Source: Klebsormidium nitens
Taxonomy: Eukaryota > Plantae > Klebsormidiophyceae
DNA length: 49,646 bases
Direction of reading: 5' to 3'
Assembly (NCBI GenBank): GCA_000708835.1
Contig: DF237584.1
Coordinates: 1-49,646, forward strand
Shown here: positions 1 through 11,800 of the stretch, one piece after another
Position numbering within the stretch: the stretch's first letter is position 1
Layout: each line of letters starts with the position of its first letter
Notes under the pieces: model-generated
What the model saw: only the letters and a program-made list of their open reading frames with translations
The model's database searches: none
Told to the model about the DNA's origin: nothing
Program-made: the position numbers and the translations under genes

Positions 1-2039
1 CTCGGGGAAGAATACATCATGGTCGGTCTACGAAAAACGGGTTGGCAGTCGTGTTCAAGCATAAAGGAATTGATCTGGCGATGCAACTCAAGATCCGTCA
101 TCGAACTTAGAGCACGTATCCAACCAAAGTGAGACAGCTTAGCCTGCATTAGCCCTGCATTAGCCATAGGCTCTATGTCGTCGCCACGCTTCGTAACCCA
201 CCTCCTTGGCTGCCTCCGCCTGCTGAGGCTGAAGCGGATTGGCGTCCACTGACGATTGAGACGCACTCCGAGTGCCTGACGAGCGTCTTGCTTTCTGTAG
301 ACTTTCATTTTCCCTGCATCACGAAAGGACCGAACCATTACTTCACGACTGTAGGCTTACTCGACGTCTTGTAGAAAGGTGCTGCAACAAAGTGAAAGTC
401 GAAAACTGGAAAATCACGATGCGTAGGGGCACCAAAGGAAGGAAGCGCATCTTCCAATTCGTGTGCTGAAAAGCAACAAGTTACAACACAGGTGCCCGAA
501 GTTGACAAGGAACCAGAGTAGGAAGTCAGGGTAGGAAGCCAAACTGCTTCAAAGCGCCAAATCAAGGGTTGAAAGCTTTGCAAACGCCAATTGGCGCGGC
601 AGCAAGTCAAGGAGCAGCTTGACCTACTCACCCTGCCAACGGACGGATATCTCCGAAGCAGCCGAGGAACCCTTCGATTCCATCTCCATCAACAACTACC
701 ATCGGTGGCTTGCAGCCCTTGATCGCTTCCTCGGCCTCGGCCTTCCTATCTAAGCGTGAGGTTGTGACGTAAAACACCCTGAGATTAGGGGCTTCAGAGC
801 CTTTCGAGATGTTCGCATGTTGTTTCAAGACTGTTTCTACAGCGTTTTTCTTTCCTGTTCTCTTGACGCTGAAAACGTTCAAGGAGGGATCCCCTGTCTC
901 TCCTAACTGCCTAGTAACATGTACATCGGCTGCTGTACAATCCTTTCCCGTACCATACGGGTCCATTCGATAGACACTATGTACATCGAGGTAGGACTTC
1001 TCAACCGACTCATTCTTGTCATAGGGTTTGACACGAACCAACCCGCCTGCGGGCACTTGCCAAACGAAGGCATTGTCGATCAGCGGGTCGCTTGCATACT
1101 GATAGACGGAGAGTGGCCGTACTTCGACGATCTGCATCCAGAAGCCTTCGAGTCAGATGTGACTTGCATCCGGAACCGATACCTCGCCATACTTGCAATC
1201 ACAAGGTCACGGCACCACATGAGCATTAGGTTTGGTGACAAAACCCAACGCTTGTCCTCCTACCAACGTCTACTTTCCTTATATGATTTTCCGTCAGAAT
1301 CAACGAATCAGCTTGCTGAAAGAAGCTCAAGGATTTTGGCACTTGAATCAGATGGCAAAGCGAATGAGATACTCAACATCCATAAGCTCCACGGTTCCTA
1401 CGAGTCGACCATCTTTTGACAGCCCAACAAAACGTTCTAAGCTTTTTCAAAGAAAAACAACATGAAGCACAATGGTATGATTCTCAGTGTGCCGAGACAA
1501 GCCCAGCGTACCTCCTCTAACGTTGCACCTGCAGCAATGGCTGTCGGGTACAGGTCCCCCAAGCGTCTCCGCACGCTCTCTGGTGCCGCTGGTGCGCCCG
1601 TTCGCACTCTTTCTAGTTCGAGAACAAGCCAAGCGAGCACCGCTTCTCTTGCCGCCACCATCTCTTCTAAGCGTGTGCCTTCTAGAGCGCCAGCGGACCC
1701 TAGATCCCAAAGAAGGCCTAAGCCCGGGACGCCGTTGAGCTTGCCCCGTCTCTTGAGCTCTTGGATGACGAGTTGAACTAAGTAGTAGGGCATGGTAAGC
1801 CGCCGAGCTGCTTCCTCTTTCTTGACTTGCAGAGTCCCCAGCTTACTTGTGGCCCCCGACTCTACTTCCTTTACTATTCTATGAACGAGCAGTCGTTTCT
1901 TTGCCTCGGCTGCTTCCATTAGGTAAGGCATAGTAAGCTCCAAAATCTGCTCTAACCTCAGATCGGGGTCGCGGCTCACTAGCATTGAGGTGTCCTCTAC
2001 TGGGTGAGCTACTAAGACCATGCTCACAAGGACTTGTGC

Positions 2040-2433
2040 CATAGTTGCACAATACGTCAGTTTTCGAATTATCATACGCGTATTGTGCCGTATTGGTTCC
2101 AAAGATAATGATACGGCGGAAATACGGCTTAAATGCGTCAAAAATACAAAAACAGCGATTTTCAAGTTTTTTCTTGGAAAAATAATTGTAAAAGCCTCTA
2201 AAATAGCTTGTTTGACGTGACCAGGAGTTGCACGGCCTTGCAACTACCTTAACAAGCTTAATAACCAATAAACGCAAGTTGGTTAACCAGGAAAATGAAT
2301 CAAAAAGAGGAAAAAGCCAAAAAGCATGCGACGCATTTTTGAGGTATTTTAAATGGCCAATTCTTTAATACGTCAAAATTCGCGTATTTCCCTTCGCCGT
2401 AATGATACGCGTATCACGTATCGTGCAACCATG
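2040..2433. mobile_element. hAT-type non-autonomous element (MITE), 394 bp
   Basis: 17-bp TIRs: CATAGTTGCACAATACG (2040-2056) versus the reverse complement of 2417-2433, CATGGTTGCACGATACG (15/17 match). Exact 8-bp TSD ACTTGTGC at 2032-2039 and 2434-2441. AT-rich interior with ATACGCGTAT/CCGTAT subterminal motifs. Removing the element and one TSD restores the frame ANVAQ-VLVSMVLV. Confidence 0.85.
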
Positions 2434-4358
2434 ACTTGTGCGACATTCGCCCCCCCCCAATGCTTGATCAGATCGTGACCCTTGAACCAGATTGCAACCT
2501 CGTCTTCTACTAAGGGCTCCAGATTTGAGGCGAGCTTGGCGTAGATTCCAGGGGCTGCGTTTTCCGGAAGCCGGTCCAAGAAGGCAGGCCTTGCGGCGGC
2601 TCTTGCCACCGCCATGAGATAGCGGGGGACGCCCCCTGCTTTCGCAAGAAGGACGCTCATCGGACCACTGTACACGAACTCGACGATGTGGTCGGCTGCC
2701 GAAGGGTACTTGAGAAGCAACACGCTTTCGACGAATGCGGCTGACAGCTCCCCGTCGTCCCGCAGCTCGAAGAGGTCGTGCATGTTGGCCGCTTCATACT
2801 CGGTGAGCTGGAAGGCCCGTTGCAACTTGTGCAGATTGGTGCCCATGGGGATGAACAACAGAGCTGCATTCAAAAGAACAACAGAGACGTTCAAAATCTT
2901 TGTAACATGACTGTCTGCAAATCTGAAAGCCCCAACGAAGGCACCAGCATACGCACTCGCAATTCACAACCAAGCTTAAACACTGTGAGAATCCAGTGCG
3001 ATTCGATGGAAGGAAAAGTCCATATTACAGAGCCCGTGCTGTCTTATCATCTGAGGCGTGCTTAGCAAACACTAAAGACAATGAGCGAATGACGGTCTTG
3101 AAGGCAGCCGCCGGACCAGCGGCTGACCTGTTGAGATCGAACCAACTACGAAATGGCAAAATGCTCCTGTTACATGTGCGATTGAACAACTTTGGAAAGT
3201 AGAATTCAAAAGTTGGTTGTTGAATTCCCCGGTGTTTGATTGGCAAATGACTGATTAGCAACTGTGGAAACACGTCTTACCATGCTGGTCCTTGCCGGAG
3301 TGGAGGGATTTGTATTCGCAAACAACCCGCAGGATGGTCTTAAGCGCTGCCTCCGCTTCAATATTGCACAGCCTCGCAAGTTTGCTTGCTCCCAGCAGAA
3401 TCTCGTCCATGACCACGATGCTTGCAAACATCGACTGCTCGGAAAGGCGCGCTTGCTCCCGCCCCAGTCTCAGCTGCAGCTGCCACACGGCTCTGATGGT
3501 AAAATATCTCTCAAGCCTCTGCAAGCACCCGAGAAAGAATCAAACTCGTGCCCTGATCAACCAACTCGCGAGTCAAAGCAAGCCAGACAGCGAAACTGCT
3601 ACGATCTTGTACTACGACCCTGTACTACGACCTTGTACCACAACCTTCCACTAGAAGCGAGACAAACTCACTGACAATCCTGCTTGAAGAGGAGCGTCCG
3701 GCAGATGCCCTGTCGCATGAACATACGAGATTGTCTTCCTAAAACTCCAACAAGAGTGCCATAGCATCTGCCAGTAATATCCAACGAGAATGAATAAACA
3801 TTGCCAGAATCATCTCAGTGTTGTCCGAATCCGACAAATCATGCTACAGACCGTCGTTGTAAAGAGCATAATCTCACCTTGGTTGTAATTACTGTACGCA
3901 GTTGCGCTGCCGTAAGGTTGAAGAAGAGAGAAGCATACAGGCGGAGCCCAATCGCCCGATCTGCTGCCTTGGCATCGAAGCGCCCAGCATCGCAGTCAAC
4001 GAGAGTGAAGTCGCCCCCAATGTCATTAAACTCCATGTACGCGTACTTGACTCGACCTGCAGGGATCGCAAGTGGTTAATCATCAAGGAAAAGAGACAAC
4101 GCCACCAGGCACGCAATGGTCGCACTCGAAGAGGCAGCTGTGAATACCCTCTGCTAAAGGAGAGTTTCTTGACAGACCAACGTCGTAGAGCTGCTTAACA
4201 TAAGGTTGCCCGTCGACCGAATATCTACCACCCCCCACTTTTATGTTGTCAGACCACGTGGTTCAGTAAATCCTGGTTTCGGCAGTGGCTTGGAGCAAAC
4301 CCTCCACATCTGTGCGCCCTATATCTTCCAATTGTGCACCAGAATGCTCAATCCAAAG

Positions 4359-4954
4359 NNNNNNNNNNNNNNNNNNNNNNNNNNNNNNNNNNNNNNNNNN
4401 NNNNNNNNNNNNNNNNNNNNNNNNNNNNNNNNNNNNNNNNNNNNNNNNNNNNNNNNNNNNNNNNNNNNNNNNNNNNNNNNNNNNNNNNNNNNNNNNNNNN
4501 NNNNNNNNNNNNNNNNNNNNNNNNNNNNNNNNNNNNNNNNNNNNNNNNNNNNNNNNNNNNNNNNNNNNNNNNNNNNNNNNNNNNNNNNNNNNNNNNNNNN
4601 NNNNNNNNNNNNNNNNNNNNNNNNNNNNNNNNNNNNNNNNNNNNNNNNNNNNNNNNNNNNNNNNNNNNNNNNNNNNNNNNNNNNNNNNNNNNNNNNNNNN
4701 NNNNNNNNNNNNNNNNNNNNNNNNNNNNNNNNNNNNNNNNNNNNNNNNNNNNNNNNNNNNNNNNNNNNNNNNNNNNNNNNNNNNNNNNNNNNNNNNNNNN
4801 NNNNNNNNNNNNNNNNNNNNNNNNNNNNNNNNNNNNNNNNNNNNNNNNNNNNNNNNNNNNNNNNNNNNNNNNNNNNNNNNNNNNNNNNNNNNNNNNNNNN
4901 NNNNNNNNNNNNNNNNNNNNNNNNNNNNNNNNNNNNNNNNNNNNNNNNNNNNNN
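4359..4954. other. Assembly gap (596 N) inside an intron of the CRN-like gene
   Basis: Run of n. All ORFs in the track that span it are artefacts. Confidence 0.99.
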
Positions 4955-7142
4955 CTTATACCTAAGCTCATCCTATATCTAGAAGCTTCGCATAAGAGTC
5001 TGAGTCTGCAGCGCGAAGTGTCAGCCTAGAAGCTTTGGTGCTCGGCCGGCCATAAGCTTAGTCTCGGAAGCTTATCGGACGGTTCCCTCGCACGCGGTGC
5101 ACGTGGGTCTTATCGGACGGTCACGCGGTGAAGCAGTAACCCAGACACGTGTCGTGTAGTGATTCGATATATCAAATAAGTCGATAGCGTATAATAACGG
5201 ACGATGCGCGGCCGCGAGTTTGGCGCGCAGCCAGAAGTCGGTGCGCAGTCGTGCCGTTACAACATGGGCAATGGCCATGAGCGGTGGCAATTGCCGACAA
5301 GGCTTCTTTGAGCAGAAAAGATGCAATCTGATAGATATAGGCGACACATCTCCTCAGTGTTGCAAACCTCTTACAGACCCAGATTTAGAAAAAGCCTGGC
5401 CTCTGATTGGCTGAAGAACCTGGGATGACCTCGAAGGTTTTCGGTCGACATGCAACCTAATATAGTATTCTTACCAGTGTTCAGAAGGGAAACAACTTCC
5501 TCTAGCTCCCGTTCATTGAAGTGATACTCAAGCTTCTTCAGTGCCGCGCGTAGCTCCACGTTGTCCAGCAGCAGCTTGGCCAGGTTTTCCAGGGCGCCGT
5601 TCGTGATTTCCTCGCCCAACCGTGTCTTGCCAATACCGGGACCTCCTTGCCACGGCGACGCGTGCACCTCTTCGCGAGGGATCCGGCGCGTAGCGTAGAA
5701 CTCGTTGGTGCGCAGCGTGGCCATTAGCTGCACAGAAGGTTTCTGCATCACTGATTCTGACACACTCGACGGCAAGAAGTGGGCACACTCTTGCCGAGCC
5801 TCCAAATTGAGGCTGCCTGCAGGCTTCTTACTTTCACAGAGGAAGGCACAACTCTTCAGGACCAACACGGCACATCCACAGGCATTTTAGTACAGATGCT
5901 TCGTGACACTCCTTTGAGAGATCCAAAGAACAGGGACATGATGGAGAAAGGCCTCCAAAATTCAACTATAAAGCTGACTTACCTCTAGGAGAACTTCAAT
6001 GAGTTCAGCTTCTCTGCCCACAAAGCTTGAAAGCTCTGGTTCTGGGGTTACTCTCCGCAAGTGTTGCAATAACACCAAGTGGACGGACTTCAGATCATGA
6101 CAGGCCGGCAGCCTGACATCGAGAGCCAGCAAAAGTTGGGACCACTGAGGAGGGAGAAGTGCTGAACCGCCATTGAAGTGCAATGGCGAAGGTAAGCGTA
6201 AGCTATAGACTGCAAATCACTCTTTCTTCTTCCGCAAGTATGAACAACAACCTCTTCACCTTCTCCATAAAGAACTGCTTGTTTACTTCCAGCAACAAGC
6301 ACTATAGGAGGCAAAGTCATAATGCACAGCCAGTAAGTCCAACAGACATCAACCATTAGAAGTAACCATTTCCTAGGAGTCTCACCTTTTAATGATGCTC
6401 TGGGTATCTTTTGCCCTCAGGATCTTCTACCACAGGAAAACCGCCCTTCTCAGCATTGCCGCTTGTTCTGAGAGCTGCTACAGCGTGGATTGGGAGTCTG
6501 TTCGGCAGCAGACTGTGTCCACTCAGACTCACAGAATGTGGTGGTAGTCGTTTGATCTTATGTCCACAGAGCGGCGGAAGTGCACAACTGCGCAAACATG
6601 CTGCAAAGCGCCCCACAGAAGTCTTAAGTCTGCAAAGGGTTGATGGCAAACTCTTCAATCCTTCAGAGCAGGAACATGCTTGCAGCATCTGTGTATCCAT
6701 GGAGCTGGCTAAGAAGAACACTCTAAGATTACAACTTTGAGGACTTGTAGTTGCCACTGCAGCAGCGACTGTTTGGAAACCTGCACTTTTCAGCTTAGAT
6801 CTGAAAGATCCACTTTCCTCCTGATGGTGGCTAAGCTGTGAAGCTGCATCTGGTGGGAAGCAGCCACCGAGGATTTCTCAAGCTTCACTGACATTCACGA
6901 AGATAGCGAGCTGCACTCGATTCCTTCAATGCTCATTGCCTCCCTCGCACTCAAACCTGTGCAGTGTGGACGCCAATTATGAGTTTGCTGTACAAAGGGT
7001 TTCTCGGTATCCCATATCCCCCATATATCAGGGCTTCAAGCCTTCACCATTCTCACATCTCAGTCGATCGATGAGGGGAGCCCCCATCTTCGAGCCGTCT
7101 TATACCGTCCGATGGGGGCCCGATGGGGGTGACATATAACAC

Positions 7143-7527
7143 CAGGAAGTTTACTTCAACTTTCGGTGCTTCAACTTTTAAAACTCTCAATGACCGTAGA
7201 GGACGATATATCGGCGATCAATATCGGGTGGCCGGACGAAATTGGTAGTCCCCGGGCGGCTGTCAAAGGGAAGCCCCGTGCAACACTAAAAACCTAGGGT
7301 AAGTGGCCGCATACACCCTAATGTCACAGGGAAGTGCCCGGTTGACACCAGGTTGCCCGCGAGACCCTAATGTTACAGGGGAAGGCCCGGTTGCTTACCG
7401 GGCGGTGTGCGAGACCCTAATGCCGCGTGGGACTTGCAGTGCTGGAAGATTTCCACCGGCTTCTCGTCCTCTACGGTCAATGGAACTTCGAAAAGTTGAA
7501 GCACCGAAAGTTGAAGCAAACTTCCTG
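7143..7527. mobile_element. Foldback/MITE-like element with ~64-bp terminal inverted repeats
   Basis: 7143-7206 (CAGGAAGTTTACTTCAACTTTCGGTGCTTCAACTTTT...TGACCGTAGAGGACGA) is the near-perfect reverse complement of 7464-7527. The interior has three ~50-bp-spaced ACCCTAA units. No TSD found, so superfamily is unassigned. Confidence 0.6.
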
Positions 7528-8047
7528 CGCATTGACATTATGACTGAATGCTCCCTGCCAACCGCATAGGTAAATGTCAACCCTAAAGTCCGCCGGCGAC
7601 CTTATCTGTAGATTTAGCTGACTGAGTCGCCGCCTTCGCCCACTTGTGCAATGACACTTGTACTCACATGGCGCCTCAATTGGGGAAAGATGAGAAGGTT
7701 GTGTCAACTTGAAGGCCTCCAGGGCCAAAGAGCGCGGGACAACTTGAAGGAGGTCACAGTTCGACAGTGTTGAAAGGTGGAAACTTCAATCTGATTGGTC
7801 GACAAGTCTTTGAAAGTTGGATTTCATTGACGGGAAGTATCGTCTCACGTCCGGCAAAATGCGCGCTCATATTGTGCTTGGCATGATCAAACTTTTACTG
7901 CCGCATTGCAAACTTGTGCGCGCGCATACTCTCCTCTCGCGGCACTGGGGCAAGAGGCACAAAGTTGACGAGTAAAATCTTGGAGAATCGGACACGGACG
8001 CCTGCTGCGGACGCCGATAAAGTGCTCGGGTATTGCCGAACCGCACG

Positions 8048-8220
8048 AAAACCCTATGGTCAGTGGCTTAACCGTTAATAGGAACCCTAATCGGAGAGCA
8101 GTCACACGGGAGGGACGCGACCCTAACAAACCGTCACAGGTAGTGGCGTAACCCTAACATACCATCACTGCTTTTAACTGCTTTGTGACCCAACCTAAGG
8201 TCACTGATAGTGCCCGGTTG
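8048..8220 (+). repeat. Cluster of ACCCTAA (telo-box-like) motifs, each usually followed by TCAC/TCAG
   Basis: ACCCTAT 8051, ACCCTAA 8084, 8120 and 8151, AACCTAA 8192. GTGCCCGGTTG at 8210 is shared with the 7315-7420 units. Confidence 0.5.
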
Positions 8221-8893
8221 CTTCTGCGCATTGGCAAGGATGGGTACCGCACGTGATGTTACGGTTGGTACCATCCGCAGCCATTGGGCGCCCGGTACCG
8301 TCCGGACAAAATTTTCTCAAACTTTATTCATCAACTTTGTACGTTTTGCGGCACGGGGCGGACCGATTAAGTTCCGTACAACCGCGGCCGAAAGCCGCGG
8401 ACCGGGGTCACGATTTGGCTAAGCTTGGTCGACGTGGTCCTACAAAAACCGCCAATATTTCTCATCCGACGGTTTAAGGCGCTCCGACAACATGGGTAGC
8501 GTACCCCGGAAGTGCGGAAGGTTCCAACTTCCAAAAGGGCCGCGCCTCGCATTATGCAGCTCGATCTGAGCTCTATCCAGTATCCTCAAGTCCAATTCTC
8601 AGACTCCCGGCCAGAGCCACCTCAGAAAGAAGCGCCAACTTGTAGACTGAGAAGCTTTGCAGAGCAGCTTTCAGAACGAGACAGCTCAAGTTCTTTGAGC
8701 GCTGTGTGTCTTTTCGTTTTTCCTACTTCCATCCTCTTGTCATTTGCAACTTATTCACTTCAGTAGCGCGCTGGCAAGTACTCTTCCAGCCAAATCAACA
8801 AGCCCCTTCATCGCACTTCTAGCTCCTTGAGCTTCCGCCTTCTACTATACAGCAGCGCCGTAATTCATTCTCTTTCTTTGAGGACTCCCAGCA

Positions 8894-11800
8894 ATGGCTA
8901 CTACTATCGCCGTACTGTCTGCTGTCAGCACCCCCGCAGCATTTGTTGGACGAACACTCAGTTCCGAGAGCAGCCGCCCACGCCTGGCCAGCTCCTTCAA
9001 TGGCCGCCAGCTGGCGCTTCCACGGTCAGCGGTCCAGAAGGCGACTGCGCAGAAGCAGGTGAGCTGAGCTGGCACTTATTGCAAGCACAGGTTATGCGCC
9101 AAGTTCTGTTTCTTCATGGAGTCTAGCCGCTGGTATTCTGTGGTGTCGGCCTGACTGGTTAGGTTCATCAAATATTCGCTTGGGTTATTCTAAACATGGT
9201 TTTATCCATTGTGGCCCTGAGCCCTTTGAACCAATACGCGCTGACTGTCCAGGGCTTAACAGGGAGAAGTACAGGGGCAGATTTTCTACTTTGTGTGATG
9301 AATCTCCCCAAGCTGCCCACTTGAAGGTTGACGGCAACTTCTAGGTCGCAATCTTTGTTCACAATCTCTGGAGACTTAGGCCCTTGAAATCTGTGTTGGC
9401 AAGACTGGGCCAATTCTGGATTGGACAGGTCATTTACCTCATCAAGCCACAGTACTCCCATTCCATACTCTGTAACCTTTGCCTCATACTTGAACATGTG
9501 CCAGCATTGTGCACCTGGACCATTATACTGGGTAAGAGGACGAACACGGTCTGTGAAGAGGTGCCTTTCAGAGTGGCTACTTGTGACTCTGCTTTACTAC
9601 TCTGAACTTTACTACTTTGAATATGAGTAAGATGGTGTTCTTGTGACAGTGTGCAGTACTTCTTTTGAGTCTTGCGGTGCTACCTTTGTACCTTTGCTGG
9701 TCAGCCTTTGCTGGTCGACCTCAATGGTCTCTATTCATACACATATCTTTCATTCTGTCGTTTCATGTGACAGGTAACTCGTTAAGTACCGAGGTTTTAC
9801 AGACTGACATGGATTCGTGTGGAACTTTGGGCAGTTTCTCGCATCTCCTACGCAGCTTGTTGCGGGCTCCGGCAATATATTTCTCCTTCTTGTGATGAAG
9901 GGATGTAGGATATTTCTATTTCACCTTGGTGTCTCCTTCTTGAGTGGATTTCTTGCTATATTGTTCCGGTCGACAGAGACATCTCATTCACCGTTTCGCC
10001 TCTCCCAAACAAGCACTCTATTCACGTGGGTATCTTTCCACTTCAAATGTCTATTTCCTCTGGCTACAGTGTTAAAATGTTTTTGCTCAATCTATCTTTC
10101 AGAGTACTGAGTTTTTGTTTTTCACTCTTTCCCCAGGCTGCTGCTGGTCCACGTGCTTTCCTCGGCGGCCCTTGCGGTCCCCGCGGCGCTCGTTACGGCG
10201 GCCGCGGATTCTATGGACGCCGCGGGGGGTTCCCATGCGGGCCTCAGGGCGTGGTAGTCGTTCCAGTACCCGGCCTCGGCACTTGGCCCGACTACTCCCC
10301 ACCAGACCCCGAGCAGTTTGAGGAGTATCAGAAGGTGAGTCTTGAAAGCATGTGACGGTCATCCGATGCTAATCTATTGCCTTCTGTTGTTCACCTTGGT
10401 GCGCTGGGAGGAAAGAAAGGGACAAAAGTTTTAGTCTATGTTTAGTCTATGTTTAGTCTATGTTTTAGCCTTGACAATCCGACACGTTGGACGGCTTCCA
10501 GGAGTGCAGCTCGTCGTGGGGATTGGAGTCGACAAACCTGGCCTGTTCTGAAGACTGTTAGTAAAAAAGCATTCTTGTTTTTGGTGAACAAGGTTCCGAG
10601 GTCTCACTTTCACACCAATGAATATACCAAAGGATCCCCAGGATGTGTACTGTTGTAAGCAAGTTGTCTTGCTTTGCAGCGCCAAAAACCGGCCTACACA
10701 GGAGGGAGCACCGCTCTTTTGGATTCGCTCAAATCTTTGCGCACCAAAACGTCGACACTGGTTGACATCATTTGCGTTTCCTCCCCCCGCAGCGCCAGAA
10801 GGAGGCCTACGAGCAGCGCCGGGCCGCGTACGAGGAGCGCCGCGCCGCGATGGCCGAGGAGGCGCAGAAGCGGCGCGAGCTGCGCGAAAAGCAGGCCGAG
10901 TTCTTCCGAAAGCAGCAGGAGGAGCTCGCGGCGGAGCGCGAGAAGTGGCGGAACGACTACTGGAACCGGGGCCAGAGCGCGCAGACTCAGACGACCGAAG
11001 AGAAGAGAGCTGAGACGCCAACGCAGGAGTCGGCGGCTGAGAGTGTGAAGGAGAAGACGACCCCGGAAACAAAGGAGCCGGAGGTGAGGCGGGTCTCAGA
11101 AGCGGATTGCAACGCTTCTTTCAACTCCTGCTTCGTTACACCAGCTTTCTTGGCCTTATGACACTGGGTCTCTCGTCGTTTGAAGCAGTAGGTCCTTTTT
11201 TACTCCTCTGTCAACCATTGAGCACTTTTCTGTTCACATTCACAGGGGGAAACTTTGCATTTCGCGAAGTGTATCAGGGGATTCGCTGTGATACGCTGTG
11301 CATGGCAGCACCGCCGAGATCTGGAAGGGAGTCAACCATAGCCGTGCTTAACCTTTTTCTGCCTTCTGCCAGGCTCCCCCCAAGTACCCCCAGAGCGACA
11401 CCCCGGTCCTCCATCTGCGCAACGAGGCGAACGGGGCTGACCTCACCATCGTCGGCACCGCGCACTCGTCGGAGGCGAGCGTTGACGCCGTGCGTCGGAC
11501 CATCCGGGAGGAGCAACCGGGCGCTGTCCTAGTGCAGGTAAGGGGCGGAAATGGATCATCTGCTCCGAAGAAGGTTTCTGCGGGGATCAGCTTTCCGCCG
11601 GAATCCTTCAGCAGAACAAAAAATGCTCACGTCGATGGACCATATAGCAGCGGCGCAAGTTGCGACGCCTCTTTTTGCTTAAGCTTTGCATCGTTTTTCG
11701 AAGACCGTTGGTGAGGTCTAGCAGAGTTTGGTCGTGATACATTATCTTCAGCCCCAGGCCTACAAAACGCATGGGCTTCGAGGTAGGTGGTAATCAGGCC

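Larger units (their letters stand above)
628..6100 (-). pseudogene. Crinkler (CRN/CR)-like P-loop NTPase + C-terminal restriction-endonuclease-fold gene, multi-exon, probably disrupted
   Basis: Phase-consistent exons read on the minus strand: ~6100-5983 (FVGREAEL, ends GAG|gtaagt; 5' boundary uncertain), 5727-5475 (Walker A GGPGIGKT), 4056-3878 (GRVKYAYMEFND...AIGLRLYASLFF), 3518-3281 (Walker B SIVVMDE), 2914-2434 (FIPMGT, GGVPRYL sensor-like motif), continuing at 2031-1437, and a C-terminal ORF 1137-628 (AADVHV...FSVK...MVVVDGDGIEGFLGCF). The motif order matches CR-NTPase + CR-REase architecture as recalled from family knowledge; no search was run. Disruptions: MITE at 2040-2433 inside an exon, and an apparent frameshift plus stops in 1140-1437. 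Confidence 0.6.

Noticed and set aside
4206-5029. Four long ORFs in the track
   Set aside because: They are translations of the N-gap.
5071-5130. CTTATCGGACGGT...CACGCGGTG direct repeat and clustered AAGCTT sites next to the gap
   Set aside because: This may be a TE end, but there is no partner terminus or TSD visible across the gap.
5628-5680. Possible frameshift giving RVAVA-GGPGIGKT before Walker A
   Set aside because: It is attractive as a beta-strand, but the existing frame is open and phase-consistent. It cannot be decided without homologue alignment.
6389-6757. 122-aa minus-strand ORF as first exon of the CRN-like gene
   Set aside because: It ends in a stop just before the candidate donor at 6385 and shows no recognisable motif, so the 5' end is left unresolved.
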